From assembly GCA_964016885.1 (NCBI GenBank), contig OZ024756.1, positions 28,954,001-29,018,000 on the forward strand: a stretch of 64,000 nt of DNA, read 5' to 3'. Positions 29,351 to 44,227 of the stretch are shown here, piece by piece. Source of the DNA: Eledone cirrhosa (lineage: Eukaryota). Below the pieces are notes generated by a model. It searched no databases. It was given only the letters and a program-made list of their open reading frames with translations, and was not told the DNA's origin. Both the position numbers and the translations under genes were made by a program. Numbering within the stretch: the stretch's first letter is position 1; each line of letters starts with the position of its first letter.

Positions 29351-31055
29351 TGATGTTGGTGGTGGTGGTGGTAGGGGTGGTGGTGGTGGTGGTGGTGGTA
29401 GAGGTGGCGGTGTTGGTGGTGGTAGATGTGGTGGTGGTGGTGGTAGAGGTGGTGGTGTTGGTGGTGGTGTTGGTGGTGGTAGAGGTGGTGGTGTTGGTGG
29501 TGGTAGAGGTGGTGTTGGTGGTGGTAGAGGTGGTGGTGTTGGTGGTGGTAGAGGTGCTGTTGGTGGTGGTAGAGGTGGCGGTGTTGGTGGTGGTAGAGGT
29601 GGTGGTGTTGGTGGTGGTAGAGGTGGCGGTGTTGGTGGTGGTAGAGGTGGTGGTGTTGGTGGTGGTAGATGTGGTGGTGTTGGTGGTGGTAGGTGGTGGT
29701 GTTGGTGGTGGTAGGTGGTGGTGTTGGTGGTGGTAGGTGGTGGTGTTGGTGGTGGTAGAGGTGGCGGTGTTGGTGGTGGTAGAGGTGGTGGTGTTGGTGG
29801 TGGTAGAGGTGGTGTTGGTGGTGGTAGGTGGTGGTGTTGGTGGTGGTAGAGGTGGCGGTGTTGGTGGTGGTAGAGGTGGCGGTGTTGGTGGTGGTAGATG
29901 TGGTGGTGGTGGTAGTAGAGGTGGTGGTGTTGGTGGTGGTAGAGGTGGCGGTGTTGGTGGTGGTAGATGTGGTGTTGGTGGTGGTAGAGGTAGCGGTGTT
30001 GGTGGTGGTAGATGTGGTGGTGTTGGTGGTGGTAGAGGTGGTGGTGTTGGTGGTGGTAGAGGTGGCGGTGTTGGTGGTGGTAGAGGTAGCGGTGTTGGTG
30101 GTGGTAGATGTGGTGGTGTTGGTGGTGGTAGGGGTGGTGGTGTTGGTGGTGGTAGAGGTGGCGGTGTTGGTGGTGGTAGAGGTAGCGGTGTTGGTGGTGG
30201 TAGATGTGGTGGTGTTGGTGGTGGTAGAGGTGGTGGTGTTGGTGGTGGTAGAGGTGGCGGTGTTGGTGGTGGTAGATGTGGTGTTGGTGGTGGTAGAGGT
30301 GGCGGTGTTGGTGGTAGTAGAGGTGGTGGTGTTGGTGGTGGTAGAGGTGGTGTTGGTGGTAGTAGAGGTGGTGGTGGTGTTGGTGGTAGTAGAGGTAGTG
30401 GTATTGGTGGTGGTAGAGGTGGCGGTGTTGGTGGTGGTAGATGTGGTGTTGGTGGTGGTAGAGGTGGTGGTGTTGGTGGTGTTAGAGGTGGTGGTGTTGG
30501 AGGTGGTAGAGGTGGCGGTGTTGGTGGTGGTAGAGGTGGCGGTGTTGGTGGTGGTAGAGGTGGCGGTGTTGGTGGTGGTAGAGGTGGTGGTGTTGGTGGT
30601 GGTAGAGGTGGTGGTGTTGGTGGTGGTAGAGGTGGCGGTGTTGGTGGTGGTAAAGGTGGTGGTGTTGATGGTGGTAGAGGTGGCGGTGTTGGTGGTGGTA
30701 GAGGTGGTGGTGTTGGTGGTGGTAGAGGTGGTGGTGTTGGCGATAGAGGTGTGGGTGTTGGTGGTGGTAGAGGTGGTGGTGTTGATGGTGGTAGAGGTGG
30801 CGGTGTTGGTGGTGGTAGAGGTGGCGGTGTTGGTGGTGGTAGAAGTGGTGGTGTTGGTGGTGGTAGAGGTGGTGGTGTTGGTGGTGGTAGAGGTGGCGGT
30901 GTTGGTGGTGGTAGATGTGGTGGTGTTGGTGGTGGTAGAGGTGGTGGTGTTGGTGGTGGTAGAGGTGGCGGTGTTGCTGGTGGTAGATGTGGTGGTGTTG
31001 GTGGTGGTAGATGTGGTGGTGTTGGTGGTGGTAGAGGTGTTGTTGGTAGTGGTAG
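29351..31055. repeat. (GGT)n-derived minisatellite, unit about 21 bp (ggtggtagaggtggcggtgtt)
   Basis: Reverse complement in style of 23600-24583. Confidence 0.9.
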
Positions 31056-31192
31056 ATATAAATATGTGTGTGTATATATATATCACCCCACTACGGGTAT
31101 TGTTACAGGTCATTGACAGAGACACAACAGCCACCATCGGGCAGCTGATAGCAAATGGTGCAACGACCTATGTCACAAGCGTAGCAGAATGA

Positions 31193-31209
31193 TATATATA
31201 TATATACAG

Positions 31210-31270
<61 letters not shown>

Positions 31271-31299
31271 GTATGTATATATATATATATACATACATA

Positions 31300-31371
<72 letters not shown>

Positions 31372-31423
31372 ATTCTCTCTATCTATATATCTACCTGTGT
31401 TTCTTTCTCTCTCTCACACTCTT

Positions 31424-31505
<82 letters not shown>

Positions 31506-31643
31506 TATATATATATATATATATATATATACAGTATATATACATCTATCTATATATATATACTGTATATATACATCTATCTATATCTATATACTGTATA
31601 TATACATCTATCTATATATATATACTGTATATATATATATATA

Positions 31644-31734
<91 letters not shown>

Positions 31735-31762
31735 TGTATATATATATATATATATATATATA

Positions 31763-31800
<38 letters not shown>

Positions 31801-31820
31801 TGTATATATATATATATACG

Positions 31821-31854
<34 letters not shown>

Positions 31855-31897
31855 TGTATATATATATATATACTGTATATATATATATATATATATA

Positions 31898-31935
<38 letters not shown>

Positions 31936-32001
31936 TGTATATATATATATATATATATATATACTGTATATATACTGTATATATATATATATATATATAT
32001 A

Positions 32002-32032
<31 letters not shown>

Positions 32033-32070
32033 CTGTATATATACTGTATATATATATATATATATATATA

Positions 32071-32122
<52 letters not shown>

Positions 32123-32184
32123 TGTATATATATATATATATACTGTATATATATATATATATACTGTATATATATATATATATA

Positions 32185-32220
<36 letters not shown>

Positions 32221-32221
32221 A

Positions 32222-32259
<38 letters not shown>

Positions 32260-32306
32260 TGTATATATATATATATATATACTGTATATATATATATATA
32301 TATATA

Positions 32307-32343
<37 letters not shown>

Positions 32344-32348
32344 TACAG

Positions 32349-32430
<82 letters not shown>

Positions 32431-32431
32431 A

Positions 32432-32505
<74 letters not shown>

Positions 32506-32508
32506 TAT
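31193..32508. repeat. Long (TA)n array with CTG/CAG interruptions
   Basis: Direct inspection. Confidence 0.95.
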
Positions 32509-32595
32509 AAACGTTATTCCGGGTTGAATCGGAGGTAACCACAGTAAGTAAGGTACTCAATACATAGCAGAGTATAAAAGTTTTAATATAGATGA

Positions 32596-32644
32596 GATTC
32601 TACAGGACTAGAACTGTTTCATTCATTAGAAATCATCAGGATTC
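32596..32644 (-). ncRNA. Type-I hammerhead ribozyme (canonical core) abutting a fold-back axis
   Basis: Minus strand: gaatc-CTGATGA-tttctaatgaat-GAAA-cag..ctg-TA-gaatc (stem I has one mismatch); 22-bp perfect inverted repeat centred at 32642; 3' tail shared with 6358-6420. Confidence 0.6.
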
Positions 32645-32736
32645 CTGATGATTTCTAATGAATGTACAGTAATATAATACAGTACAGTAATATATACAGG
32701 AATATACAGTAATATGTATATATATATACATATATA

Positions 32737-33382
32737 TAAGTATGTATGTATACGTACATACATATATGTATACAGACGTACAGTAGTATGTATATATATA
32801 TATACATACATGCACACATATATATATACGCACGTATCGGTTTACCGAATATTTATTATAATGCTCGGCTTGTTTGTTTGTAAACAAACAAACAGCCCGA
32901 ATTACGCCGTACAGTGTTTAGGCAACCACGTCACCTTTTTGTTCAACATCGGCCGACTGAACTCACTCGATATGCAAATTAGGCTGCTCAGCCGTTAATA
33001 TGCATAAGGAAAGTATATACTTTCAGACGTTCAACAATCTGGCAGGAAGGTATACGATGCTGACGATAGCTAATAAGCTTGAAACTCGTACATCGTTCCT
33101 GTGTCAGTGTTGAACAAAAAGGTGACGTGGTTGCCTAAACACTGTACGGCGTAATTCGGGCTCTTTGTTTGTTTACAAACAAACAAACCGAGCATTATAA
33201 TAAATGTTCGATACACCGATACGTGCATATATATATGTGTGCATGTATGTATATATATATATATATATATATACATACTACTGTACGTCTGTATACATAT
33301 ATGTATGTACGTATACATACATACTTACATTTATTGTACTAAGAGTGAGAAATGAAATTTTGTTTCATTCTATTCCATTTAC
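32737..33382. mobile_element. Fold-back element with about 210-bp arms
   Basis: 32737-32948 is the inverse of 33108-33327; rearranged relative at 8086-8285. Confidence 0.8.
33054..33096 (+). ncRNA. Type-I hammerhead ribozyme (canonical core)
   Basis: acgatg-CTGACGA-tagct/agctt-GAAA-ctcg-TA-catcgt. Confidence 0.8.
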
Positions 33383-33580
33383 ATATATATGTATATATAT
33401 ATATATGTGTGTGTGTGTGTAGGTGGGTGTATAAATATATATACTATATATGTATATATGTGTGTGTGTATGTGTGTGTGAAATAAGCAAAGCAAACGAA
33501 AATGAAACAAATAAGAAAGCAAACGACACAGTACAGTAGAGAAATATATTTGTTCAACGCTTGATATAGAAGGAAGAGAG

Positions 33581-33615
33581 TCTTAACGTTTCGGACACTA
33601 GTCCTTCATCAGAAA
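33581..33615 (-). ncRNA. Minimal hammerhead ribozyme
   Basis: Minus strand: CTGATGA-aggac tagt gtcc-GAAA-cgt-TA; stem I weak. Confidence 0.6.
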
Positions 33616-33719
33616 ATAAAATGAGAAATAAAAGATAAAATTGAAAGATAAAGAATGAGAAGAAGGACCGAAGAGTTCTTTTCTTTTTTTATTTATTAAA
33701 CTCACCGACTGGGAAATTA

Positions 33720-33913
33720 TAATAATTGTTTCTACTTTTGGCACAAGGCCAGCAATTACCCAGTACACTACTGGTACTTTATTTTATCGACCCCGTAAGG
33801 ATGAAAGGCAAAGTTAACCTCGACGGGATTTGAACTCAAACCGTAAAGGGACGTAACTATGCTAGAAAGCATGGCGTCCAACCCTCTACTGATACTGCCA
33901 ATTCACCGCCCTA
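33720..33913 (-). mobile_element. SINE family A, full length
   Basis: Reverse complement of the family consensus. Confidence 0.85.
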
Positions 33914-33968
33914 AGTGAATCCAACAGGTGCGTGTTTTTTGTTTTTTTTATTGGCTGCATGACCTTCC

Positions 33969-34086
<118 letters not shown>

Positions 34087-34110
34087 GTGTGTGTGTGTGT
34101 GTGTGTGTAC

Positions 34111-34225
34111 TATATATAATTTCCGTGTATGAAACATAGGGTCATTGAAGAGAGACCGTGAGAAGAATAATTTCTAACTGACCCACATACTAAATGAAAA
34201 TGACATGTACTTTGAGCAAAACTAA

Positions 34226-34230
<5 letters not shown>
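34111..34230. mobile_element. Short microsatellite-flanked interspersed repeat
   Basis: Inverted relative at 37362-37472. Confidence 0.55.
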
Positions 34231-34275
<45 letters not shown>

Positions 34276-34277
<2 letters not shown>

Positions 34278-34480
34278 CGAAGGAAATGTGGTAAGGAACA
34301 AGATGGAGCATAACGCACCAAAGTACTCAATACTTAGGGTAGTAGAGTGGGTAATAGGAACAAGTATGACCCCGACGGCAGAGCTCAAGCCGTTTTCGAC
34401 GGGTAATTCTGGACGCGAATTCTGAGTCCAGAATTAGCCGTCGAAACGGCTTGAGCTCTGCCGTCGGGGTCATACTTGTT

Positions 34481-34484
<4 letters not shown>
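34276..34484 (-). mobile_element. Hairpin element family H
   Basis: Hairpin with extended loop ctggacgcgaattctgagtccag. Confidence 0.8.
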
Positions 34485-34533
<49 letters not shown>

Positions 34534-34731
34534 ATATCCCCAAATTGACGGTTAAGTATAACTTCTTCATTTTATTTTGAATTAAGATTGTATTGCTTTT
34601 TCCCCAACTTACACAGTTTGATGACAAAGTTTTTCTTCTTGATTGGTTTTAAATTAAGATTGTATTTCTTTTCCCTCATCTTACATTAAATACTTTTTCC
34701 TCTTGATGGTATAGTCACTTATATACCTGAA

Positions 34732-35663
34732 CTAGCAGTAAAGCCCGGCGTTGCTCGGGGTCGCTCAGTAGCTGTGTTAAAGTTACAATGTTAAGTTTCT
34801 TTTTTGGCTTAAAAACTGTAGTGTCTACTGTGCAGACTTGCATGTGGTGTTTTTGATTAATATTCCCTCAAACAACAATATGCCTTATGAAGTTAAGAAA
34901 ACATAACGATAACCCGAATGTTATAACAAAAGAGGATGCTGGGGATAGAAACTGCACTGGTTATTTATTAACAAAGATCGAAAATGTAAACACTGCAACG
35001 CAGATAAAAACATTAGCGTAACCAAATTATCAGTTATGTCTGTCTGCACGCCTATATCACCTCTCTGCACGACTGTCTGTCTGCACGCCTATATCACCTC
35101 TCTGCACGACTGTCTGTCTGCACGCCTATATCACCTCTCTGCACGACTGTCTGTCTGCACGACTGTCTGTCTGCACGACTGTCTGTCTGCACGACTGTCT
35201 GTCTGCACGCCTAACGACGAAATATTTGCTTGTTTTACGTAGTCTTTAAATAGACTTGTTTTCAAGTAAAAAATATTGTTTTAAAATGCTTTTAAATGGA
35301 AATGAAGCAAAACGGAAGCTTAGTGTTCGAACTGATGAATTTTGCAGGTCAATATTTTGCTGGCTCGACAACTGTTAATGTCATTTTAAACGCTGAGAAA
35401 GCCAGCGTAATTTTTTACGTAAGACGCTCAATGTAAACAGAACAAAGGGAAATAACTGATCACTTACGCTCAAAAATCGATACATTATATTCGATTTCGT
35501 CACATAGGGTGGGTCAATTTGAAATTTTTTTTTTTCCGATGTCTTCGCTAGGGCTCAATGTACAAGTGTAGCAATTTCGGTGCAATTCCGTGAGAGATTC
35601 TAAGAGGAGATGTGTGCCAAAAATCGATAGACAGACAGACAACCACAGTTTTATATATATAGA
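34732..35663 (-). mobile_element. Non-autonomous Helitron
   Basis: 5' TC, 3' CTAG, inserted between A and T; subterminal hairpin cccgagcaacgccggg; (GTCT)n near the 5' end; internal tandem repeat at 35037-35212. Confidence 0.8.
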
Positions 35664-35784
35664 TTAGTATATCTACTAACATATATATACAGATGCATAC
35701 TTATGCCAGCAAATATATAAGGTTTTGTCTTAGTAACTTTGTGGTTCAATCCATGGGATATATGCGTATGCATATATATATGCG

Positions 35785-35945
35785 TAACTCTTTGCAGCAA
35801 AGAGTTACGGCCCTTTATCGTCTGAGTTCAAATCCCGCTGAAGTGAACTTTGCCTTTCATCTTTACGGGGTCGATAAAATAAAGTACCAGTAATACACTT
35901 GAATAATTGCTGGCGTTGTGCCTAAAGTAGAAACAATTATTATTA
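35785..35945 (+). mobile_element. SINE family A, 5'-truncated
   Basis: Central domain and tail. Confidence 0.8.
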
Positions 35946-35964
35946 TATATATATGATATATATA

Positions 35965-36176
35965 TAGGAAAATGTTCAAGACCTCGACGGCAGAGCTCAA
36001 GCCGTTTCGGCGGCTGCTTCTGGACTCAGAGTCCATAAATAGCCGTCGAAACGGCTTCAGCTCTGCCGTCGGGGTCTTGAACATTTTCCTATTACCCACC
36101 CACTCTACTACCCTAAGTATTGAGTGCTGTGGTGCGTTATGGTCCATATGGTTCCTTACCACAATTTCATCGTTAA
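35965..36176 (+). mobile_element. Hairpin element family H
   Basis: Opposite orientation to the 10101 copy. Confidence 0.8.
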
Positions 36177-36222
<46 letters not shown>

Positions 36223-36611
36223 ATATATATATATATATATATGATATATATGATATATATAATATATGATATATATGATATATATGATATATATATATAT
36301 GATATATATGATATATATGATATATATGATATATATATATATGATATATATGATATATATGATATATATGATATATATGATATATATATATATGATATAT
36401 ATATATATGATATATATGATATATATGATATATATATATGATATATATGATATATATATGACATATATATATATATATGATATATATATATATATATATA
36501 TATATGGTATATATGGTATATATAATATATATATATATATGTATGATATATATATGATATATGTATATATATGTATGATATATATATGATATATCATATA
36601 TATATGATATA

Positions 36612-36667
<56 letters not shown>

Positions 36668-36691
36668 TATATCATATATATATGATATATA

Positions 36692-36725
<34 letters not shown>

Positions 36726-36790
36726 TATATCATATATATATGATATATATGATATATATATATGATATATATATATATTTATATGATATA

Positions 36791-37182
36791 TCTTTATATA
36801 TATATAAGCGAGGATGTGTGTGTGTGTCTGTGTACAACGTTGAATACCTAAGGCTTTTACAATTACCAACCGAATTTGAGCAAATTTTCTGTGCACGTTG
36901 CACAGGTCGCTAAGATGGTCACATCAGAAACATTTTTCCAATCGACCCACGTTGAACAATAAAAAATCGATATCAAAATTATCGGTAGCAAAATTGATGT
37001 AAGGGAGATAACTAACTTTATTGACAATCCTTATAAAAAAAAAAGTGAGATAACCAACTTTATTGACAATCCGTATAAAGAGACTGCTTAGGTCGGGAAC
37101 AAATAATGTTCTTCTTTTACTTCCTAGCTCTATATTCTTAGCATAATTTCAAACCTCGAGCAACGCCGGGTAAACCTGCTAG
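36791..37182 (+). mobile_element. Non-autonomous Helitron
   Basis: A|TC start; ctcgagcaacgccggg hairpin then CTAG|T. Confidence 0.75.
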
Positions 37183-37284
37183 TATATGATATATATATAT
37201 ATATATATTAACAGTTTGAATTGGCCGTTGGCTTGGCGAGATTCCAGTACCAGTCAACCAAGATACCAGTGACAGACATATGTC

Positions 37285-37349
<65 letters not shown>

Positions 37350-37469
37350 TTTTCTTTCATCATTTTAGTTTTCCTAAGTACATGTCATCTTCATTTAGTA
37401 TGTGGGTCAGATATGAATTCCCCTTCTCACGGTCTCTCTTCATTGACCCTATATTTCTCACACGGAAAC

Positions 37470-37515
<46 letters not shown>

Positions 37516-37772
37516 TGTGTGTGTATATGTATGTGTGTGTGTATGTATGTGTGTGTATGTATGCATATATATATATATATATGTATGTATGTATATATAT
37601 ATGTATGTATGTATATGTATATGTATATATATACCGTATATATACGCGCCCATATATATATATATGTGAGTGTGTGTGGGGGGGGGGGGGGTATGTGTGG
37701 GTGTGTGTGTGTGTGTGTGTGTGTGTATACTCGTATATATACATATATATGTATATATATACCGTACTCGTA

Positions 37773-37826
<54 letters not shown>

Positions 37827-38160
37827 AATATATATATATATATTCACACACACACATATATGTCTATATACAGATATATATATATGTGTGTCGAGAGAGA
37901 GGGGTTTGTATTTTGCTTTAATTCCTTTTGCTTCCCATATTTCATTGGGCGACTTGCGTCCTTTCTTCGGTTATTTTGATTAATGGGGAGTAAGTTTCTA
38001 TGCCTTGCCCTCCATCCCTCTTCCTTTTGAACACTGGTTGAAATCCAACATAGCGTTTCACAGTATGAGGGTCTGTAATTCTGGTTAGGGATCAATTCCT
38101 GACCCCTAACCAGAGTCTAGGACTGAAATCACTTCGCATAGAATACAGAATCTAGACGGA

Positions 38161-38216
<56 letters not shown>

Positions 38217-38223
38217 TATATAT

Positions 38224-38449
38224 ATAGGAAAAGAGTCAGTACCCCGACGGCTGAGCTCCTGCCGTTTCGACAGCTAGATCCGAACTAAGCCAGGACTGCT
38301 GGCTTATTTCGGATCAAGCTGTCGAAACGGCCGGAGCTCAGCCGTCGGGGTCCTGACTCTTTTCCTATTACCCATACCCACTCTACTACCCTAAGTATCG
38401 AGTACTCTGGTGCGTTATGGTCCACCTGGTTTCTTACCACACTTTCCTA
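38224..38449 (+). mobile_element. Hairpin element family H with the longest loop
   Basis: cgacagctagatccgaactaagccag..ctggcttatttcggatcaagctgtcg. Confidence 0.8.
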
Positions 38450-38786
38450 TGCACACACGCGCACACAAATATATATATATGTGTGCCTGTGTGTGTGAAT
38501 GTATATGTGTTTTTTAAGGTGTGTTAAGAACCACCCGTAACATGTAGGAGTACATTCCGTTTCTGCTGTGTTTCAAACCTCCATGTGAGTGTCCATATCT
38601 GGCAGCCATATTAAGTTTGTGTTGGATCTCCGTTGTTTCCAAAGACGAACGTTACACTTGTCCGAACAACGGAAGTTATCTGCTTGTGTAATTAACGTGC
38701 ACCTGATTAAGCATTCCACAGACACGTGTACCCATAACGTAGTTCTTAGGGAGATTCAGCGTGTCACAGTATGTAACAAGGCTTCT

Positions 38787-39135
38787 TGTTCTTCTTCTTC
38801 TTCTTCTTCTTCTTGCACTTGCTCAATGTGACTAGGGTCATCCTAGGTCAGTGATCCCTGAGGCATCATTGTGCATAAAGCCAACCAGGTCTACCAGCGC
38901 CCTCCATCTCTGGTGGTCCCGTGCCAGGACCTCTGCATCCTCCGAGGTGACGTCGCGCCTCTGGAGATCTTCCTTGATGACATCCAGCCGTCTGGTGCAG
39001 GGCCTCTTCCAGCCTGAATCGGTTTCGTCAAACGAGAATAAGAGCCTAGTAGGATGATCTGGTGACAGGAGGCAGGCGTAGGACATGCCCATACCAGGGG
39101 ATGCGGCGAGTGGCTATAATACGAGAGGCTGCAAG
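38787..39135 (-). mobile_element. RTE LINE 3' fragment with (GAA)n tail
   Basis: WYGHVLR..WKRP..DVIKEDL..RWRALV. Confidence 0.7.
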
Positions 39136-39646
39136 CTGATATGTGCACACACGCAACCCTTTGATGGAAACTTGGTGATACATCTGATGTTTTCGCTACA
39201 AGGCTGGCCTTCTGAATTATAGGTACAACTGCGTTGACTGGTGCAATGTGAAACAAAGAGTCTATTGCATATGATACTACTCACCGCCGAGAATCGAACT
39301 CATGAAGTTCCGTTAGTCAAACGAACATCCTGCCTTACCATTAAGCGAGGCGCTAAAAAGAGTTTAATCTTAATACTAATCTTCTGGAGTGACTTCCAGA
39401 TATTTGATAAGTTACGAATGCAATCTTTTATGAGTGAAAAGTGCCTTGTCACCAGACATTTTCGCTGTTGACTCACTCCTGTTACTCAAAGGCCTCGAGG
39501 TTCGTTTATTCATTTCTAGTTTTCCAAGTGTCTTGACACGAAACTCAAGACCCCGCAATCGTCTTTATACCAATTTCAGCTAATAAAGGAATACTTACTT
39601 ACTTACTTACACACACGTACGTGTGTGTGTGTGTGTGTATGTGTGT

Positions 39647-39724
<78 letters not shown>

Positions 39725-39807
39725 TGTGTATATATATATATACGATATAAATGGTCGCATTTTTTTAAGGGTATGTCAATATTTATTTATAAAACTGATC
39801 TATATTA

Positions 39808-39871
39808 TATTTTATCTGATGAAAGCACACCATAATTTAACTTGTGTCCTTGAAATATGTATAATGAAATA
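39808..39871 (+). ncRNA. Type-I hammerhead ribozyme (canonical core)
   Basis: tattttat-CTGATGA-aagcaca..tgtgtcctt-GAAA-tatgta-TA-atgaaata. Confidence 0.75.
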
Positions 39872-40097
39872 AATATGGTTTTATAAATATAGTTTCCATT
39901 TGTTAATATATCGTATTTGTTGAGTGCTTTATATCAGTTATAAAAATATTTGCTTGTTGTATCCCAACAATTTAAATAGAACTTCTACATATATATTTTT
40001 TTTTTTATACACATATATATATATATATAAATGCATATATATTTTTTCTTTTATTTGTGGGTGTATGTGTGAGTACATATATATATATAAAAGGGCA

Positions 40098-40544
40098 AAG
40101 GAGCTCTTAAGAGTCAATGGCCATCCAAAATCACTGGGAGAGATGACCCCTTAGCCTTTGTCAAGGCAGAATTCTAGGAGAAGGAAAACTCTGATATAAC
40201 ACCTGCAACTCTGATGGTATCCAATGATGTTGACTTGTTCTTCTTTTTGGTAAATATCATCTTGGTTAAGAGAGTGGGACTGGCTTTGTGCAGTGCCTTT
40301 GCTCACTATAAAAACTTCACGGCACAGGCATTGCTTTACATCTGGAGATCTCTCTGCACTTGTCGTCACATGGTACCATGGGCCCAGCACTATGTGTCAA
40401 TAATTGTCACAAGTGTAGTGTTTGTACCAGAGTTTTCAAGTCGCAGGCTGGACTGAAAAGTCACACTCGTTCAGCACATCAGTAGGGGTTCTCCTACATG
40501 GATATAAAGTAGTGGCCGTACTCGAAAACGAGTTGGCAGCCACC

Positions 40545-40545
<1 letters not shown>
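40098..40545 (+). mobile_element. RTE-dependent non-autonomous element
   Basis: Homologous to 20575-20875. Confidence 0.55.
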
Positions 40546-40582
<37 letters not shown>

Positions 40583-40851
40583 ACTCACCCATACACCCAC
40601 ACACGAATATATGTATAGGTATAAACAAATGTGTGTGTGTGTGTATTTGTATGTGCACGTACGTATGATTATAAACACATTCACACACACGCTCACACAA
40701 ATGTGGAAGTTTAGGGATTTATTTTTTGACATATTCTTGGCAAGATCGTCCATGAAGCCCACCACCACCACCCATCACCACCACCACTGTTGCCAACATC
40801 TCAACCACCACCAACACCACCACTACTACCTCTACCACCACCACCACCACC

Positions 40852-40907
<56 letters not shown>

Positions 40908-41084
40908 CTCCACCACCCTACCACCTTTTTCTCGAGCCTAGACTATGAGCATAAGTGTCAGCAACGTACTTCCGGTATTGTCAGCAATTGTCAAAATATT
41001 GAGGACGAGAGGGGAGGGTGAGACAAACTGTCTGATATGTAAAATATACAATAACTGAGAGCAGGCTTTGGGAAGGAATTTAAT

Positions 41085-41700
41085 ATTAACCCTTTAATAA
41101 CAACTCGGCCAAAACTCACTCTGATTCTATGAAACAAAACCACTTATTTTAACCCTTTTGATAATAATTCGGCCTAAACCGGCTCAGGGCCTTGAACCCA
41201 AACCACCCATTTTAAAGAGTTCCTATTTAACCCTTTTGACAACAAATCGACCAAAACCGGTTCTGGTACTATGAAACAAAATGCCCCATTTTAAAAGGTA
41301 CCAACTTATCTATTATAATGATTTCTACTATAGGCACAAGGCCAGCAATTGGGGGGGGGGGGAGGAAAATCGATTAAATCGACCCAGTGCATTACTGGTA
41401 CTTTATTTTATCGACCCAATAAGGATGAAAGGCAAAGTTAGCCTCGGCGGGATTTGAACTCAGATCATAAAGAGGCGTAACTCTATGCTGCAAAGCATGG
41501 TGTCCGACGCTCTAGCAATACTGCCAATCCACTAGCCTTGATTTATCTATTATGATACCAACGTAGTTCAACTCGACCACAATCGGCTCTGGTTCTATGA
41601 AACAAAACCACCCATTTCAAACGGTTCCTATTTCACTCCTTTGATGCCAACCTGACCACAACCTGCTCTGGTTCTGTCAAAGAAAAACACCCGCCTGTAT
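41085..41700. repeat. Diverged 65-80-bp tandem repeat interrupted by a family A SINE (41315-41538, minus)
   Basis: Recurrent aacccttttga..ctctggttctatgaaacaaaaccacccatttt. Confidence 0.65.
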
Positions 41701-41844
41701 AATATCACTGCATATTTTTCTCGTCTTCACTCCAGAGAGAGGAATTTTCTATCTCTCAGCACCTCTCAATAATTCATCCGTATCATTGAGGCAACCATTG
41801 GATTGCCTCGAGTTCTGCAGTTAATTTAATTTAACACTAAAAGG

Positions 41845-42138
41845 TAGTGGTTCCCAAACTGTGAGCCACAAGATGTAACTAGATGCGCCGCAAAAGATTA
41901 ATAAAATTTTAAGATGTGAAAAATACAAACTGAAATTCGTATGAAAGTTCATATATAGCTGTGAAAGTGGCCAGGGAGGGGAGGGAGATGGTTCTAGAAC
42001 CTTTAAACTCTATGTTATGCAAATATTTATGAAAAACATTTTTGAATGAATTTTCAAATTTATGGTACAAAGTGCGCCAGCTTATTTTTACTTTTTCAAA
42101 AATACGCCGTGAGTAAAAACAAAGTTTGGGAACCACTG
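41845..42138. mobile_element. hAT (Charlie-like) MITE
   Basis: TIRs agtggttcccaaact / agtttgggaaccactg; no clear target-site duplication. Confidence 0.65.
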
Positions 42139-42864
42139 CCAACCTCTAAAAACTCGAACGAGGACTACAATGAAAAAAAGGGCCTCAAAACGGTGCGAAA
42201 TGAAACAAAAATGGGAAGATTTTACATAATGAAAGCTATCCCCATTTTCACAAGAGAAGACATATCTCGCCTATCCTAAAGTGGGTGGGAGATCTCCCCG
42301 TCAGGTGTGCATCTGTGTTTTGTCAGTACCAATGTCTCGGTTTAACGTCCTTTTTCTTTTCAAAATTCCCAAGCAGTGTTAAAACTAGTTTGTTTCATGC
42401 TGTGACATCGTTTCTTCAGTATCAGTATTGTCTTAATCCTTTTGATACCAAACCGTACCAAATCGATTTGAAACCAACCCTAATGCTACGATATAAAGCT
42501 GTTTGTATTAATCTAAAAAAAAAAAACACCTTCCATTATAACTTTATGTAAGAATCTTTTCTTAAATAAAGTTACAAATATTTTTTTTATAATATAGGCA
42601 TAGAGCCAATAATTTCAGTGATGGAGGTGAGGAAAATGTCGATTAAATCGCCCCCACGACCTGACTAGTTCTTTAATTTTATGGACCCCAGAAGGGTAAA
42701 AGGCAATGTTAGACTCATCAATGGTTGAACTCAGAATATAAAGAGCCGTAACTAAATGCCACAAAACATTTTATCTGAGCCTATCCAAAACCCTACACCA
42801 GCTTAATAAGGAGAAATTTGGTTAAATTGCTCAGGCGCTCCAAATTCTTCACCATTGGTGGATT

Positions 42865-43035
42865 GCGTTGACGTTACCATGTTACGTTGTGTTCCCTTGT
42901 TTTGACGTTACAACCTTCCGTTGTGTTGACGTTGCCATGTTACGTTGTTCACTTCTTCTGTTGACGTTGCCATGTTACGTTGTGTTCCCTTGTGTTGACG
43001 TCACCATGTTACGTTGTTCCCTTCATGTGTTGTAA
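42865..43035. repeat. Short minisatellite
   Basis: Repeated gttgacgttgccatgttacgttg. Confidence 0.7.
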
Positions 43036-43310
43036 CACGTTTTCACAGTTTCTTTTATAATCACGCGTTCGTTGTTAGCCATGTTTTTATCATCTGTCTA
43101 TACATCATTTTATATCATCTTTCTGTCTTCCTTTCCAACGCCTCCGTGCCGTTTTTGTAATAATTACTTTAGATAATAACGTGAGGCAATCCTTGTCCTT
43201 GCCCTTCATTTATTATCTAGTCTTTTTACTATAAATATATGCATACATACGTATGCACACGTGTTGTATAAACATATGTATGTATATGTATGTATATGTA
43301 TGTATGTATG

Positions 43311-43346
<36 letters not shown>

Positions 43347-43501
43347 GTATGTATATATGTATATATATATATAATGTATAAATGTATGTATATATGTATG
43401 TATATATATAATGTATAAATGTATGTATATATGTATATATATATATATATATATATAATGTATGTATATATGTGTGTATATATGTATATATATATATGTA
43501 C

Positions 43502-43536
<35 letters not shown>

Positions 43537-43753
43537 TATATATGTATGTAGGTATATATGTATGTATATATGCATTTATATATGTATGTATGTATATATA
43601 TATGTATGTAGGTATATATGTATGTATATATGCATTTATATATGTATGTATGTATATATGTATATATGTATATATGTGTATATATGTACGTATATATAGA
43701 TATGTATGTATTATATAAATGTATGTATATATGTATGTATATATATATGTATG

Positions 43754-43792
<39 letters not shown>

Positions 43793-43858
43793 CATATGTA
43801 TGTATATATATGCATGTATATATATATGTGTATATATATATGTATATATATATGTAGG

Positions 43859-43896
<38 letters not shown>

Positions 43897-43930
43897 TGTA
43901 TATATATATATATGTAGGTATATATATATG

Positions 43931-43961
<31 letters not shown>

Positions 43962-43978
43962 GTAGGTATATATATATG

Positions 43979-44050
<72 letters not shown>

Positions 44051-44054
<4 letters not shown>

Positions 44055-44177
44055 AACAAAAGATGGTTAAAAGAGTTCCATGTATTTTATTATGCGCATT
44101 TCAAGTCCTACAAACTGTAGAGTGCTACTTATCCGATATCTGCATTGCTTTATTGTACTACAATAAAACTCACCTCC

Positions 44178-44227
<50 letters not shown>

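Noticed and set aside
40965-41025. ETS-like acttccgg motif (also a CCAAT/TGACC cluster at 3727-3772) as a promoter
   Set aside because: Short motifs are expected by chance and there is no associated gene evidence.
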